Shown here: positions 9,641-20,813 of the stretch, piece by piece
Position numbering within the stretch: the first letter of the stretch is position 1
How the letters are laid out: each line of letters opens with the position of its first letter
NCBI GenBank assembly: GCA_964530445.1
Contig: CAZHBJ010000001.1
Span: 4,763 to 68,762 of the forward strand
Direction of reading: 5' to 3'
Length of the DNA stretch: 64,000 bases
Source of the DNA: an uncultured Ignavibacteriaceae bacterium
GTDB lineage: Bacteria; Bacteroidota; Ignavibacteria; Ignavibacteriales; Ignavibacteriaceae
Made by a program: the position numbers and the translations under genes
Notes under the pieces: model-generated
Told to the model about the DNA's origin: nothing
What the model saw: the letters and a program-made list of their open reading frames with translations, nothing else
Database searches by the model: none

Positions 9641-11269
9641 TTATTTAAATTCAGACTCATCGAATATTTTTGCCTGGAAAGTAGATAAATCCGCATCGTG
9701 CCAGCTGCCCGCTGGCAAGCCGGCCTTCCTGCAAAGGTTATCCAAAAATTCAACTTTATTCCATCGCATTTCCGTTGCGACCTGGGGAAGAAAGACTGCT
9801 TTCTTTCCGTTTTTTGACAATACAACTCCATCTCTGCCAAGAATTATTTCGTCTATACTATTTATAGGTTTTGCCGGAGTAAGAACGGATATTTCTATTT
9901 CAATACCGGGAAGTTCATCAAGTGTTACGGGCATAAACCTCATATCACTGAAAGCAGATTCAAGCGCCATTGTACTTACTACTTTTAACAGCGGTATATC
10001 TTCCCGCATATATCCGATACATCCTCGTAATTCCCCATGCTTTCTTAATGTAACAAAGGCTCCTAATTTTTTTTGAAGTACAGGATCGGAGATTTCGTCT
10101 TCAGTAATTTTTTTCGTAGTTAAATATTGTTTAATACTTTTTCTCGCAAGAGAAAGGAGAGTCTTTTTTTGTGAATCATTTAATTCAAATTCGTTTTCTT
10201 TTCCTTTTTTTGAATTCTCTACGTATTCATTTTTATTCTTTTTTTTTGAAAATGCAACAGCACCGTAACCAACAACACGGTCTTTACCGGCCATCGGATT
10301 ATCGCCCGAATTTGCATAATTAATAATTACTGCAGTATCGGCGCCTAATTCTTTAGCTGCCGTCATTGCAGCTATAATCGGACCTTCTCCACATGCACAC
10401 GTTAAAAGATTTTGAATACCCTTATTCATTTGTTCGTTTATTGTTTTAACAAATGTTCCCGGATCCATTTTACTTATCGCTTCCAGTGTATTACGGTCGA
10501 CTTCCCCGGCATCTTTATATTCGGGATAATGAGAAAGATCCGAACTGGCAACGATTAGTGCATTTTTATCCTTTATAACTTTAGCCAAAGCCTTACCGAA
10601 ATCGGTACACAAATTATAATCCGAAGATCCGACAACAGCGGGCAGTATTTTTGTACCCGGGAAAAGATATTTTATAAACGGGATCTGAACTTCAATTGAA
10701 TGCTCTTTTGCATGCACTGCAGGGTTAAAAACACAATCTTTATCCGAAGCAATTAATTCATCTGCGGTCTTTTCATCTATTTTAGATAAGCCAAGCGGTG
10801 TTTGATAACCCTCCCGCGGATAGATTGAAATTTTATTAAAATATGCCGTTGTATGGTTTGTTCCTAAAATTACTATCAAATCGTATTTATAATTTTTTGC
10901 CTGATTATAAGCATCTGCCGCCGTTTGACCGGAGAATACATATCCGGCATGAGGTGAAATAATTGCCAAAGGCTTTCCAATGTTTTTGTCTAAAGCATGT
11001 TTAAAATAATTCTTAATTGATGATAATAATTCCGAAGAGTCGGCGGGATAAAATTTTCCCGCAAAAACAGGCTTCCGAATTTTTGCATCCGGATATTGAG
11101 CGCTGCATTGTATATTGCCGTTTAAGGTTAAAGTTGTCATGATGATTAAAAAATAAAATTTGTTAATTGATATTGCTTTTATCTTACGTAAATATTTTAA
11201 TCTGTCTTCGCGTTTGCTTAGACGGACTTGTTTAATTAAAATAATTTTTTTCATAAAATACTCAAACAT
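9641..11269 (-). CDS. Fused AmmeMemoRadiSam system protein B (Memo-like) and protein A (AMMECR1-like), with an N-terminal signal peptide
   Basis: Memo motifs: AIISPHAGYVFSGQ, LGTNHT, SSDLSHY. A K/N/E-rich linker follows (SKKKNKNEYVENSKKGKENE). AMMECR1 motif: GAFVTLRKHGELRGCIGY. The track ORF starts at a GTG at 11278. I prefer the ATG at 11269 (TAATG overlap with the upstream stop) or the ATG at 11254. Signal-like N-terminus: KFYFLIIMTTLTLNGNIQCSAQ. Confidence 0.8.
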   Translation of the reverse strand: MFEYFMKKIILIKQVRLSKREDRLKYLRKIKAISINKFYFLIIMTTLTLNGNIQCSAQYPDAKIRKPVFAGKFYPADSSELLSSIKNYFKHALDKNIGKPLAIISPHAGYVFSGQTAADAYNQAKNYKYDLIVILGTNHTTAYFNKISIYPREGYQTPLGLSKIDEKTADELIASDKDCVFNPAVHAKEHSIEVQIPFIKYLFPGTKILPAVVGSSDYNLCTDFGKALAKVIKDKNALIVASSDLSHYPEYKDAGEVDRNTLEAISKMDPGTFVKTINEQMNKGIQNLLTCACGEGPIIAAMTAAKELGADTAVIINYANSGDNPMAGKDRVVGYGAVAFSKKKNKNEYVENSKKGKENEFELNDSQKKTLLSLARKSIKQYLTTKKITEDEISDPVLQKKLGAFVTLRKHGELRGCIGYMREDIPLLKVVSTMALESAFSDMRFMPVTLDELPGIEIEISVLTPAKPINSIDEIILGRDGVVLSKNGKKAVFLPQVATEMRWNKVEFLDNLCRKAGLPAGSWHDADLSTFQAKIFDESEFK

Positions 11270-12522
11270 TAATTCCACACCCCGGCAATGGGGAATTTGC
11301 AGTATTCACATTTACCGTTTAATATGTGATTTTCCATAATGAAAAACGATGTCCTTTTAATTATTGCTTTTTTGCATGAAGGGCAATATGTATTATTTCC
11401 TTCATGCCCGGGAACGTTACCAATGTAAGCATAGCGGATTCCGTTATCCATTGCTATGTCTCTTGCTTGTTCCAGCTTGGAAATAGGAGTTGGAGGCAGA
11501 TTTAATAATTTATAATCGGGATGAAAGCGGGTAAAGTGTACAGGTATATCATAACCTAATTCATCAGCAATCCATTTAGCCAAACCTGTAAGCATTTCTT
11601 TTGAATCATTTAAAGTAGGGACAACCAAATTAACAATCTCAAGATGCACTTTGGTTTTTGAGATTTGTTTAATGGTTTTTAAAACCGGATTAAGTTCGGC
11701 ATTACATACCTTTTTATAAAAATCTTCGCTATAGCCTTTTAAATCTATTTTAATTGCACTTAATACTTCACACATTTCGGTAAGCGGTTCGCTGTTCATA
11801 AAACCGCAGCTTATCAAAACACTTCTTATTCTTTTCTCTTTGGCATATTTAGCAATATCAATTAAATATTCCGTAAAAACAGTCGGTTCATTATAAGTGA
11901 ATGCAATTACCGGGACATTTTTTTTATATGAAGTTTGTGCAATGGTTTCGGGAGGTATAAAATTCGTGGAAAAATCTTCAGGCTTCGCTTGAGAAATTTC
12001 CCAGTTCTGACAGAACTTACATGATAAAGGGCATCCTGCTGTTGCTAATGAATAAGCTTCAGCTCCGGGCAGAAAATGGTAAAAAGGTTTTTTTTCAATC
12101 GGGTCAATATGAATTGCAACCGGATGGCCGTATACCAGACTTTTTAATTTCCCGTTGATATTAACCCTTGCCCTGCATTTGCCTTTTTCGCCGTTTTTGA
12201 TAATGCAGCCTTGTGCACACAGCAAGCATTTAATTATATCTTCATTATGTTTATACGGTTTATTTATTTCAACTTCATCGCGTGAGTGACAGTTTAAGCA
12301 GTTCACATTTTTTGTTGAAGTTGAAATCCAATAACGTGCAGTCGGAGCATTTTGCAGTAGACCTTCATCAATAAGCGAGTCAAGAAATGAAGAAGCCCTT
12401 GTCGAAGTCAGCGATCCGAGTATATGTGGATTTGAGACGGCAATGCCTGTTCCGCCTAAAATGATTCCAAATTGTGCAGTCCTTTTTATAAAATTTCTTC
12501 GCGATAAATTTTGATTTTTCAT
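11269..12522 (-). CDS. AmmeMemoRadiSam system radical SAM enzyme with an N-terminal twin-arginine (Tat) signal extension
   Basis: 417 aa. Radical SAM cluster motif CPLSCKFCQNW. The upstream segments KCLLCAQGCIIKNGEKGKCRARVN and DPIEKKPFYHF are typical of this family. The N-terminus is MKNQNLSRRNFIKRTAQFGIILGGTGIAV. The gene sits next to the Memo/AMMECR1 gene. Confidence 0.8.
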   Translation of the reverse strand: MKNQNLSRRNFIKRTAQFGIILGGTGIAVSNPHILGSLTSTRASSFLDSLIDEGLLQNAPTARYWISTSTKNVNCLNCHSRDEVEINKPYKHNEDIIKCLLCAQGCIIKNGEKGKCRARVNINGKLKSLVYGHPVAIHIDPIEKKPFYHFLPGAEAYSLATAGCPLSCKFCQNWEISQAKPEDFSTNFIPPETIAQTSYKKNVPVIAFTYNEPTVFTEYLIDIAKYAKEKRIRSVLISCGFMNSEPLTEMCEVLSAIKIDLKGYSEDFYKKVCNAELNPVLKTIKQISKTKVHLEIVNLVVPTLNDSKEMLTGLAKWIADELGYDIPVHFTRFHPDYKLLNLPPTPISKLEQARDIAMDNGIRYAYIGNVPGHEGNNTYCPSCKKAIIKRTSFFIMENHILNGKCEYCKFPIAGVWN

Positions 12523-12776
12523 TTAAATAAAAGCGAATTAAACTTTTACAAAAGCATTTTAATTCTGCAAGCCTATACAGAAACTCTCAATACGCGATTT
12601 GTTATTCAAAGAATTCCCCGTACCAATTTGGGAAGAATATGAAAATAATTAAAAGATTAATTTATTTAACGAGATAAAACTACTCTATAAACAAATAAAT
12701 TATTTTACACCTATAATAATATTTAAAATGAGTTGGACAATGTCAAGGGAGATATCTAAAACCAATTAAACTGCAA

Positions 12777-14228
12777 TTATTCTTGTATTGGTTTTCTGTC
12801 AGATAAGGCATTTAATAGTCCGCCGATTAGAACAGTAGCAAGCACACCGATTAAAGTAAACCACGTCCACGCAACAAGTTTAAGGGAAATAACCGTAATC
12901 ATTATAAAGATACCCGCTACAAAGCCGGCAAGCGCATCTTCCTGCCTTGCTTTCTTAACTAATATTCCAAGAAGGAAAGTACCGAGTAAACCGCCGTAAG
13001 TAAATGAAGCTATACTTAAAGCAAGTTCTACTACTGCTTGAGAAGTATTCATAAAAAATATTGCTGCTCCAACAAGCAATACCGCCCACATAATTGTAAA
13101 CAACCTGGAAATCATTAATTGCTTTTTATCGTCGCCTACTTTTCCGAAAAACGGGACATACAAATCCATCATTGTGGAAGATGCAAGCGAACTCATTGAT
13201 CCGGCTAAAGTAGAAAGTGCAGCGGCAAATAAACCGGCAATAATAATTCCTGTTACTCCCGGAGGAAGAACATCAATTATAAAGCGGGGAAATACCGTAT
13301 CCGATCTTACATTCATAACGCCGTAATAAGCATAAAGCATTACACCGACAACTAAAAAAATTGCAAACTGAATAATTACAATTATTCCGCTTCCTATAAT
13401 TGCCTTTTGACTGTCCTTTAAACTTCTTGTTGTGAGTAGTCTTTGAACAATTAATTGATCCGTTCCATGGGAAGCCATTGAAAGGAATGCACCGCCGACT
13501 ACACCGCCGATTATGGTGTAAGGCTGATTGAAGAAACCTGCCAATCCGTTTTTAAATCCCCAATTAAAAATTTCGAATTTGTTTGCTGATGCTGCAGCCG
13601 TCGTAACCGAATGCCAACCGTCAGGCAATAAATGAATTAAAAATATTCCTGCCAGTATAGCGCCGCCAAGGTAAGTAAACATTTGAATTACATCTACCCA
13701 GATTACACCTTTAACACCGCCGGTATATGTATAAACTAGTGCAACAAACGCCATTATCAATATTGCTTCAGGGTAGGAAATATCAAGCATTAATTTTAAC
13801 GGAATGGCCGTTGCAAATAATCTTACGCCGTCGGCTGCGACACGCGTAAACAAAAACACTATTGATGCAAACGATCTTGTCTTCCCGCCGAATCTGTTTT
13901 CTAAAAAAGTATATGCTGTTTTTAGATTACCTTTACTGTAAGCGGGAAGGAATAAAACTGCAACAATTATTCTTCCTATCAGATAACCGAAAGTTACCTG
14001 CAAAAAATTTAAGTTGGTTAGATATGCAAGTCCCGGAATTGATATAAACGTTAAAGTACTTGTTTCTGCGGCAACAATTGAAAAGCAGACCGCCCACCAG
14101 GGAACGACTTTAGAACCCAGGAAATAATCTTTTACGGATTTTTGTTTACCTCCCGAAATCATTCCGAATGCGGCAATGCCTACAAGGTAAACTACAATAA
14201 TTATATAATCTAAAATATTACCTTTCAA
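12777..14228 (-). CDS. Sodium:solute symporter (SSF) family transporter
   Basis: 483-aa polytopic ORF with a TTG start 12 nt after the STAS gene stop. SSF-type N-terminus: DYIIIVVYLVGIAAFGMISGGKQKSVKDYFLGSKVVPWWAVCFSIVAAETSTLTFISIPG. Confidence 0.8.
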   Translation of the reverse strand: MKGNILDYIIIVVYLVGIAAFGMISGGKQKSVKDYFLGSKVVPWWAVCFSIVAAETSTLTFISIPGLAYLTNLNFLQVTFGYLIGRIIVAVLFLPAYSKGNLKTAYTFLENRFGGKTRSFASIVFLFTRVAADGVRLFATAIPLKLMLDISYPEAILIMAFVALVYTYTGGVKGVIWVDVIQMFTYLGGAILAGIFLIHLLPDGWHSVTTAAASANKFEIFNWGFKNGLAGFFNQPYTIIGGVVGGAFLSMASHGTDQLIVQRLLTTRSLKDSQKAIIGSGIIVIIQFAIFLVVGVMLYAYYGVMNVRSDTVFPRFIIDVLPPGVTGIIIAGLFAAALSTLAGSMSSLASSTMMDLYVPFFGKVGDDKKQLMISRLFTIMWAVLLVGAAIFFMNTSQAVVELALSIASFTYGGLLGTFLLGILVKKARQEDALAGFVAGIFIMITVISLKLVAWTWFTLIGVLATVLIGGLLNALSDRKPIQE

Positions 14229-14240
14229 AAAATCTGCCTA

Positions 14241-14585
14241 TTACTTTTTCAACTCTTCAAAAGCTTGATCTACCGTATCGCAAACAGGCAGAACACGATC
14301 GAGCTGTGTAATTTTTATTAGGGAATGAACTTTTTCTGAAGGAGCAGCAAGCCTCATACTGCCTTCCGATGATTGAAGGATCCTATTTGCAACAAGCAAG
14401 GCGCTTAATCCCGAACTGTCGCAAGATTCAACTTCGCTTAAATCGACAATAAACTTATTTATGCCCTCTACTTTTAATAATATTGTAAATTCTCCTTTAA
14501 CGAGGCCGGAAATGTTCGTATCGAGCCTTTTTTCATTTAATTTAAATACTGTTATATCCCCCACTCTTTTGGTCTCAAAGTTCAT
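14241..14585 (-). CDS. STAS domain protein (anti-sigma factor antagonist, SpoIIAA-like)
   Basis: 114 aa with the typical size and pattern for this family: ITVFKLNEKRLD...LSEVESCDSSGLSALLVANR...ITQLDRVLPV. Confidence 0.7.
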   Translation of the reverse strand: MNFETKRVGDITVFKLNEKRLDTNISGLVKGEFTILLKVEGINKFIVDLSEVESCDSSGLSALLVANRILQSSEGSMRLAAPSEKVHSLIKITQLDRVLPVCDTVDQAFEELKK

Positions 14586-14594
14586 AAAAGTCCT

Positions 14595-15125
14595 TTAAAA
14601 CATTTGCAAGCAATTTAAGAAATTTTTATAAAAGATTTCAGGATTATTCTCCGAATTAGCAACCTGAAGATTATAATACATATCCGAGTTCTTTTTTTTG
14701 AACCCGATTCTTACCTGAGATTGAACAAGATTTGCTGCCAGACTGTTAAATAAATCTTCTTCTTTGCTTAAATCGAGTACAGCACTGAACTGCTGCTCTT
14801 TTAACCTTTGTTCAAATTTTTTGTTCGGTAAATTTAATTTGGATATATCGGCTATTCCGTAATCGATAATTCCCTGGCGATATTTTTGAGGTAAAGTATT
14901 TACTCTATAATCATGCGTTAATAAAGTTATTATTTTACCCTCATCAGCCAGAGTTTTAAGTACATTTAGTGCATAATAAAAATGACTTTCGTTTTCGGGC
15001 ATAAGAACTAAAAACTGAGGCGTATCACTGTACAAATTTTTAAATGATTGCCTGCTAATACGAAGATGTTTTAATTTTCGAATGACAATAGTATGAATAA
15101 TTTTATTTTTAATAGTTTTAAACAT
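14595..15125 (-). CDS. Hypothetical protein (176 aa)
   Basis: The ORF is tightly packed between ligA (11-nt gap) and the STAS gene (9-nt gap). I recognise no family with confidence. Confidence 0.5.
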   Translation of the reverse strand: MFKTIKNKIIHTIVIRKLKHLRISRQSFKNLYSDTPQFLVLMPENESHFYYALNVLKTLADEGKIITLLTHDYRVNTLPQKYRQGIIDYGIADISKLNLPNKKFEQRLKEQQFSAVLDLSKEEDLFNSLAANLVQSQVRIGFKKKNSDMYYNLQVANSENNPEIFYKNFLNCLQMF

Positions 15126-15136
15126 AAAAAGTTTGG

Positions 15137-17152
<2,016 letters not shown>

Positions 17153-18031
17153 TCACTGTTGCAAAAGAGATGGTGGGTTTTCCAAATATTTTATACCGGA
17201 ACTGTCTATATAAACATATTTAACTTGATTTATTTTACCTGCAAAATTTAACGGTTTATTATTTAAAAAGAAGCGCATAACACCGGCATTGCCGATTATC
17301 AAATTAAAATTGCTTTTTGCCTTAAGCACTTTTTCGGAATTCGGGAAAAAAGTATATTCAATAACTTTTGTTCCGTCCAATAAAATTTTCACCCATGAAG
17401 TATCCGAAGTTTCAACACGCAGTGAAAGGCTGTCCGAAACAGTAGCCGGTTCAGTTGTCGCGGCAGCAGGTTTTTTCGTTTCTTCAACATAACGTTTTGT
17501 GTTTTCTTTCCTTACTTCATTATAAGGCTTTTCTTTTACAATTATTTCGGAACCTCCGCTAAAAAATGCAAAATAAATAATTAAAACTATTGCAATTGCA
17601 CCGCCGATTAAAACAGCAAGTCGTATCTTTTGCGCATTTGCATTTATAGGTGTTGGACTTTTTTTACTAACGGAATTATCCACGAATTCATAAGGTGCAG
17701 GTTTGGGAATATCTTCCGCCGAAGGTTTCGGTTCTTCCGTTTCCGGTTTAGGCTTTTTGGTTTCTTCTTCTATATCGCCGTTTTCATCGTAGTTTTTGTT
17801 TTTCTTTGCCGCTTCATATTTTTTTAAAGTTATATCAACATCCAGGCCCACAAGTCTTGCATATTCCTTGATAAATGCTTTGATATAAAGATCGGGTAAG
17901 AAACTAAAATTACCCTTTTCCATATATTCGAGAAATTTTAAATCGATGCGGGTTTTAGACGCAATATGCTGCAGCGTAAGCTGATTTTTCGAGCGTGCTT
18001 CCTTTAATTCTTCGGCAAATTTAGTAAACAT
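17153..18031 (-). CDS. RodZ-like cytoskeleton protein (HTH domain, TM helix, DUF4115-like C-terminus)
   Basis: N-terminal HTH: LKEARSKNQLTLQHIASKTRIDLKFLEYMEKGNF. A P/E/K-rich linker and one TM helix (LAVLIGGAIAIVLIIYFAFF) follow. C-terminal segment: SWVKILLDGTKVIEYTF...GNAGVMRFFLNNKPL. Confidence 0.7.
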   Translation of the reverse strand: MFTKFAEELKEARSKNQLTLQHIASKTRIDLKFLEYMEKGNFSFLPDLYIKAFIKEYARLVGLDVDITLKKYEAAKKNKNYDENGDIEEETKKPKPETEEPKPSAEDIPKPAPYEFVDNSVSKKSPTPINANAQKIRLAVLIGGAIAIVLIIYFAFFSGGSEIIVKEKPYNEVRKENTKRYVEETKKPAAATTEPATVSDSLSLRVETSDTSWVKILLDGTKVIEYTFFPNSEKVLKAKSNFNLIIGNAGVMRFFLNNKPLNFAGKINQVKYVYIDSSGIKYLENPPSLLQQ

Positions 18032-18108
18032 AATACTATTCGGTATAAATTATTTTATAATATTAATTGATTTCTATTTTAACAGTATTATTTAAAAGTA
18101 TACAAATT

Positions 18109-19473
18109 TTATTGAATTTTTATAAGCTTCGCAGAAAATGCCCCGTCCATATGATGAATATGAGGCAAAGTTTGTATGCATCCATTCTCGTCAACTAATT
18201 CATGTGAAAAAATTTCAGCTGCATTTTGAAGCTTAAATTCCGGGTGATTACCTAAAAACTTTTTAACAATCTCACCGTTTTCTTCCGGTTCAATTGAGCA
18301 AGTACTATACACAACTATTCCGTTTTCTTTAACAAGAGCTGCAGCTTTTTCCAATAAATTATATTGAAGTTCGGTAATTCTTTTTAAATCCAGTAGATCT
18401 TTTTTCCACTTAATATCCGGTTTTTTAGAAAGAGTTCCTGAACCCAAACACGGTACATCGGCTAGAATTCTATCAAACTTATCTCCTTCATATTCAAGAG
18501 CATTTATTTCTTTGGTTTTAACACAATGAATTCCAAGCCGTTCCATATTTTTCCGCATTATTTTTAAACGGCTTTCGTATCTGTCAAGCGCAATTATTTC
18601 GCCTTTATCTTGAATTAAACCGGCAATGTAAGCGGTTTTTCCGCCGGGAGCTGCGCATAAATCAAGTATTTTCATACCCGGTTTGGCTTCAAGAAGACTG
18701 CATGCAAGTCCGGCACTTTCATCTTGAATGTTAAAATAACCCTGCGTAAAATATTCCCAGGCGGTTATATTGGTAAGATTTTGAAGCTGAAAAAATTCAG
18801 GCAGATAACGCCCGTTATTAAATCTCAGATTAACGGAATTTAAAAGTTCTTTAAATTGCTGCGGATTTGTTTTAAGCGCATTTATCTTTAATGTTAAATA
18901 CGGCTTTTCATTATTAGCTGCTAATAATTCTTCCGTGCCTTTCCTATCGAATCTAGCCAGGTATCTTTTAACCATCCATGACGGATGAGAGTAATAAGCA
19001 CTTAAGTAACCGGGTAAATCTTCATCCGGATCGGGGTATCTTATGCTTGTTTTGTTTCTTATAATATTTCTTAAGATGGCATTTGTAAGATCGGCGGGTT
19101 TTTGGCCCTGTAATTTTTTTACAAACTCTACCGCTTCATTTACAACAGCATGATCGGGAACTCTGTCTAAAAACATTATCTGATAGAGTGCAACTCTAAG
19201 ACCGTTTTTTAAATTAGGAATTGCTTTTGAAAATTGCCCTTTATAAAATCCGTTTAAAATCCAGTCTAATCTTCCCATCCACCTTATAACGCCGTGAACT
19301 ATTTCATATAAAAGAGCTTTATCCTGTCCGTTTAGTTCGGTATCGCGCATTTCATTATCGAGCAGCTTTTCAAGATATGCATCCGTTCTCTCAACTCTGT
19401 TAAGAATTTTAACGGCTAACCCTCTTACGCCTTCGTATAAATTTTGAATTGTATGTTCTTCTAATTGTGTCAT
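18109..19473 (-). CDS. rsmB: 16S rRNA (cytosine-C5)-methyltransferase RsmB/Sun
   Basis: 454 aa. NusB-like N-terminal domain. SAM motif ILDLCAAPGGKT. Catalytic-region motifs DVPCLGSGT and YSTCSIEPEENG. Confidence 0.85.
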   Translation of the reverse strand: MTQLEEHTIQNLYEGVRGLAVKILNRVERTDAYLEKLLDNEMRDTELNGQDKALLYEIVHGVIRWMGRLDWILNGFYKGQFSKAIPNLKNGLRVALYQIMFLDRVPDHAVVNEAVEFVKKLQGQKPADLTNAILRNIIRNKTSIRYPDPDEDLPGYLSAYYSHPSWMVKRYLARFDRKGTEELLAANNEKPYLTLKINALKTNPQQFKELLNSVNLRFNNGRYLPEFFQLQNLTNITAWEYFTQGYFNIQDESAGLACSLLEAKPGMKILDLCAAPGGKTAYIAGLIQDKGEIIALDRYESRLKIMRKNMERLGIHCVKTKEINALEYEGDKFDRILADVPCLGSGTLSKKPDIKWKKDLLDLKRITELQYNLLEKAAALVKENGIVVYSTCSIEPEENGEIVKKFLGNHPEFKLQNAAEIFSHELVDENGCIQTLPHIHHMDGAFSAKLIKIQ

Positions 19474-19477
19474 AATC

Positions 19478-20737
19478 TCAATAAGGGTAGCCCCGTTTTC
19501 TCCTTTCTTTCTTGGTTAAATCAAAAATCTTTCTAAACAATTTTTCTTCCGGTTCGTGCATATCTTTATTTCTTCTTTTCATAACTCTTTTTGCTGTTTC
19601 AATGCTTCTTTCAATATCGTATGTGGTAACCGCATCGCTTCCGCCCCAGGAAAAAGAGGGAATATACTTTCCGGGAAAACCCGCTCCGAATATGTTGCAG
19701 GAAAAGCCGACGGTAGTGCCGGTGTTGAACATTGTATTTATTGCTGTTTTTGAGTGATCTCCCATAATAACACCGAGGAACTGGGAACCGCTGTTAACAA
19801 CCTCGCCGTTAACATAAGCTTTTACTGTACCGTAATTATTTTTTAAGTCGCTGCAGTTTGTATCAGCACCCAGGTTTACCCAGCTGCCGAGATAAGCGTG
19901 TCCGATGAATCCCGAATGCTGTTTATTTGAGTATGGAAGAATAATTGAATCTTCAACTTCGCCGCCGACTTTTGAAACCTTCCCGATACTTACGTTTTCA
20001 AAAATTCTTGCACAGCTTTTAATTTGCGCCTTTTCGCCAAGATAAACAGGACCTTCTACAACGGCATTAGGAAATACAACGGCATTTTTATCAATAAAAA
20101 TAGGGCCTGCGGAGGCATCCAGCACAGCTCCGGATTTAATTTCCGCACCTTCTTCTATAACGATGTTTTCTTTTTCTATAAGATGAGCGCCTTCAAAAAT
20201 TTTTCCGCCCATTTTATCTTTTTTATTTGAAGTCAGATATTTGAAATCATTTAAGAGTTCATTACCGTTATTATTAATTAGATCCCATATATAATCAATA
20301 GTTTTAATTTCAACTTTTTCAACAGGCAGCCCGTTAAAAATTCCTTCGCTTAACAACTCATAAAGGTGGTTTTTAACTTCCTTCAGGTTTTCACCTGAAA
20401 CACGTGCGGCAATAAAAGAATCGCCGCTGAAATATATTTTATCTCCTTTGTCTTTTATCGGAATAATTTCGGAAAGATTTGGAGGGGCTAAAATATTTCC
20501 GCTGATGAACAGGCATTCGTTATCATCTATATTATTTATTTCAATACCGGGATTCTGGATTCTTAAAAGGGAAGTTAAATACGAACGGCAGTGAAGTGAG
20601 TATTTTACACCCGGGTATGATCTTAATATCTTCTCTCTCAAAGTGCTGATACCGCAAACCAGATCGTAAGCAGGCCTTGAAAAACTTAACGGTTCCAGCC
20701 TTTCGTAATTTATACCTTCAAAAATGCAGACTTGCAT
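19478..20737 (-). CDS. Putative sugar nucleotidyltransferase with a left-handed beta-helix (alternative GlmU-like family)
   Basis: The ORF track starts at 20806. I prefer the internal ATG at 20737 (MQVCIFEGINYERLEPLSFSRPAYDL), which matches the usual N-terminus of this family. The C-terminal half contains hexapeptide-repeat-like sequence. Confidence 0.6.
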   Translation of the reverse strand: MQVCIFEGINYERLEPLSFSRPAYDLVCGISTLREKILRSYPGVKYSLHCRSYLTSLLRIQNPGIEINNIDDNECLFISGNILAPPNLSEIIPIKDKGDKIYFSGDSFIAARVSGENLKEVKNHLYELLSEGIFNGLPVEKVEIKTIDYIWDLINNNGNELLNDFKYLTSNKKDKMGGKIFEGAHLIEKENIVIEEGAEIKSGAVLDASAGPIFIDKNAVVFPNAVVEGPVYLGEKAQIKSCARIFENVSIGKVSKVGGEVEDSIILPYSNKQHSGFIGHAYLGSWVNLGADTNCSDLKNNYGTVKAYVNGEVVNSGSQFLGVIMGDHSKTAINTMFNTGTTVGFSCNIFGAGFPGKYIPSFSWGGSDAVTTYDIERSIETAKRVMKRRNKDMHEPEEKLFRKIFDLTKKERRKRGYPY

Positions 20738-20813
20738 ATAAGTTTTTTTAAAGTGAAAAAATTTATCAAATAATTTAATATTTTTTATGGTAAGAATCTT
20801 TACCAACCGAACA

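Noticed and set aside
20738-20806. N-terminal extensions offered by the ORF track (20806 for the nucleotidyltransferase; also 29635 for rimP, 36344 for rpsO, 51833 for the TolC-like gene, 49392 for the lipoprotein, 46376 for the FecR-like gene)
   Set aside because: In each case an internal ATG yields the canonical family N-terminus or a proper signal peptide. The extension is either hydrophobic nonsense or unnecessary.
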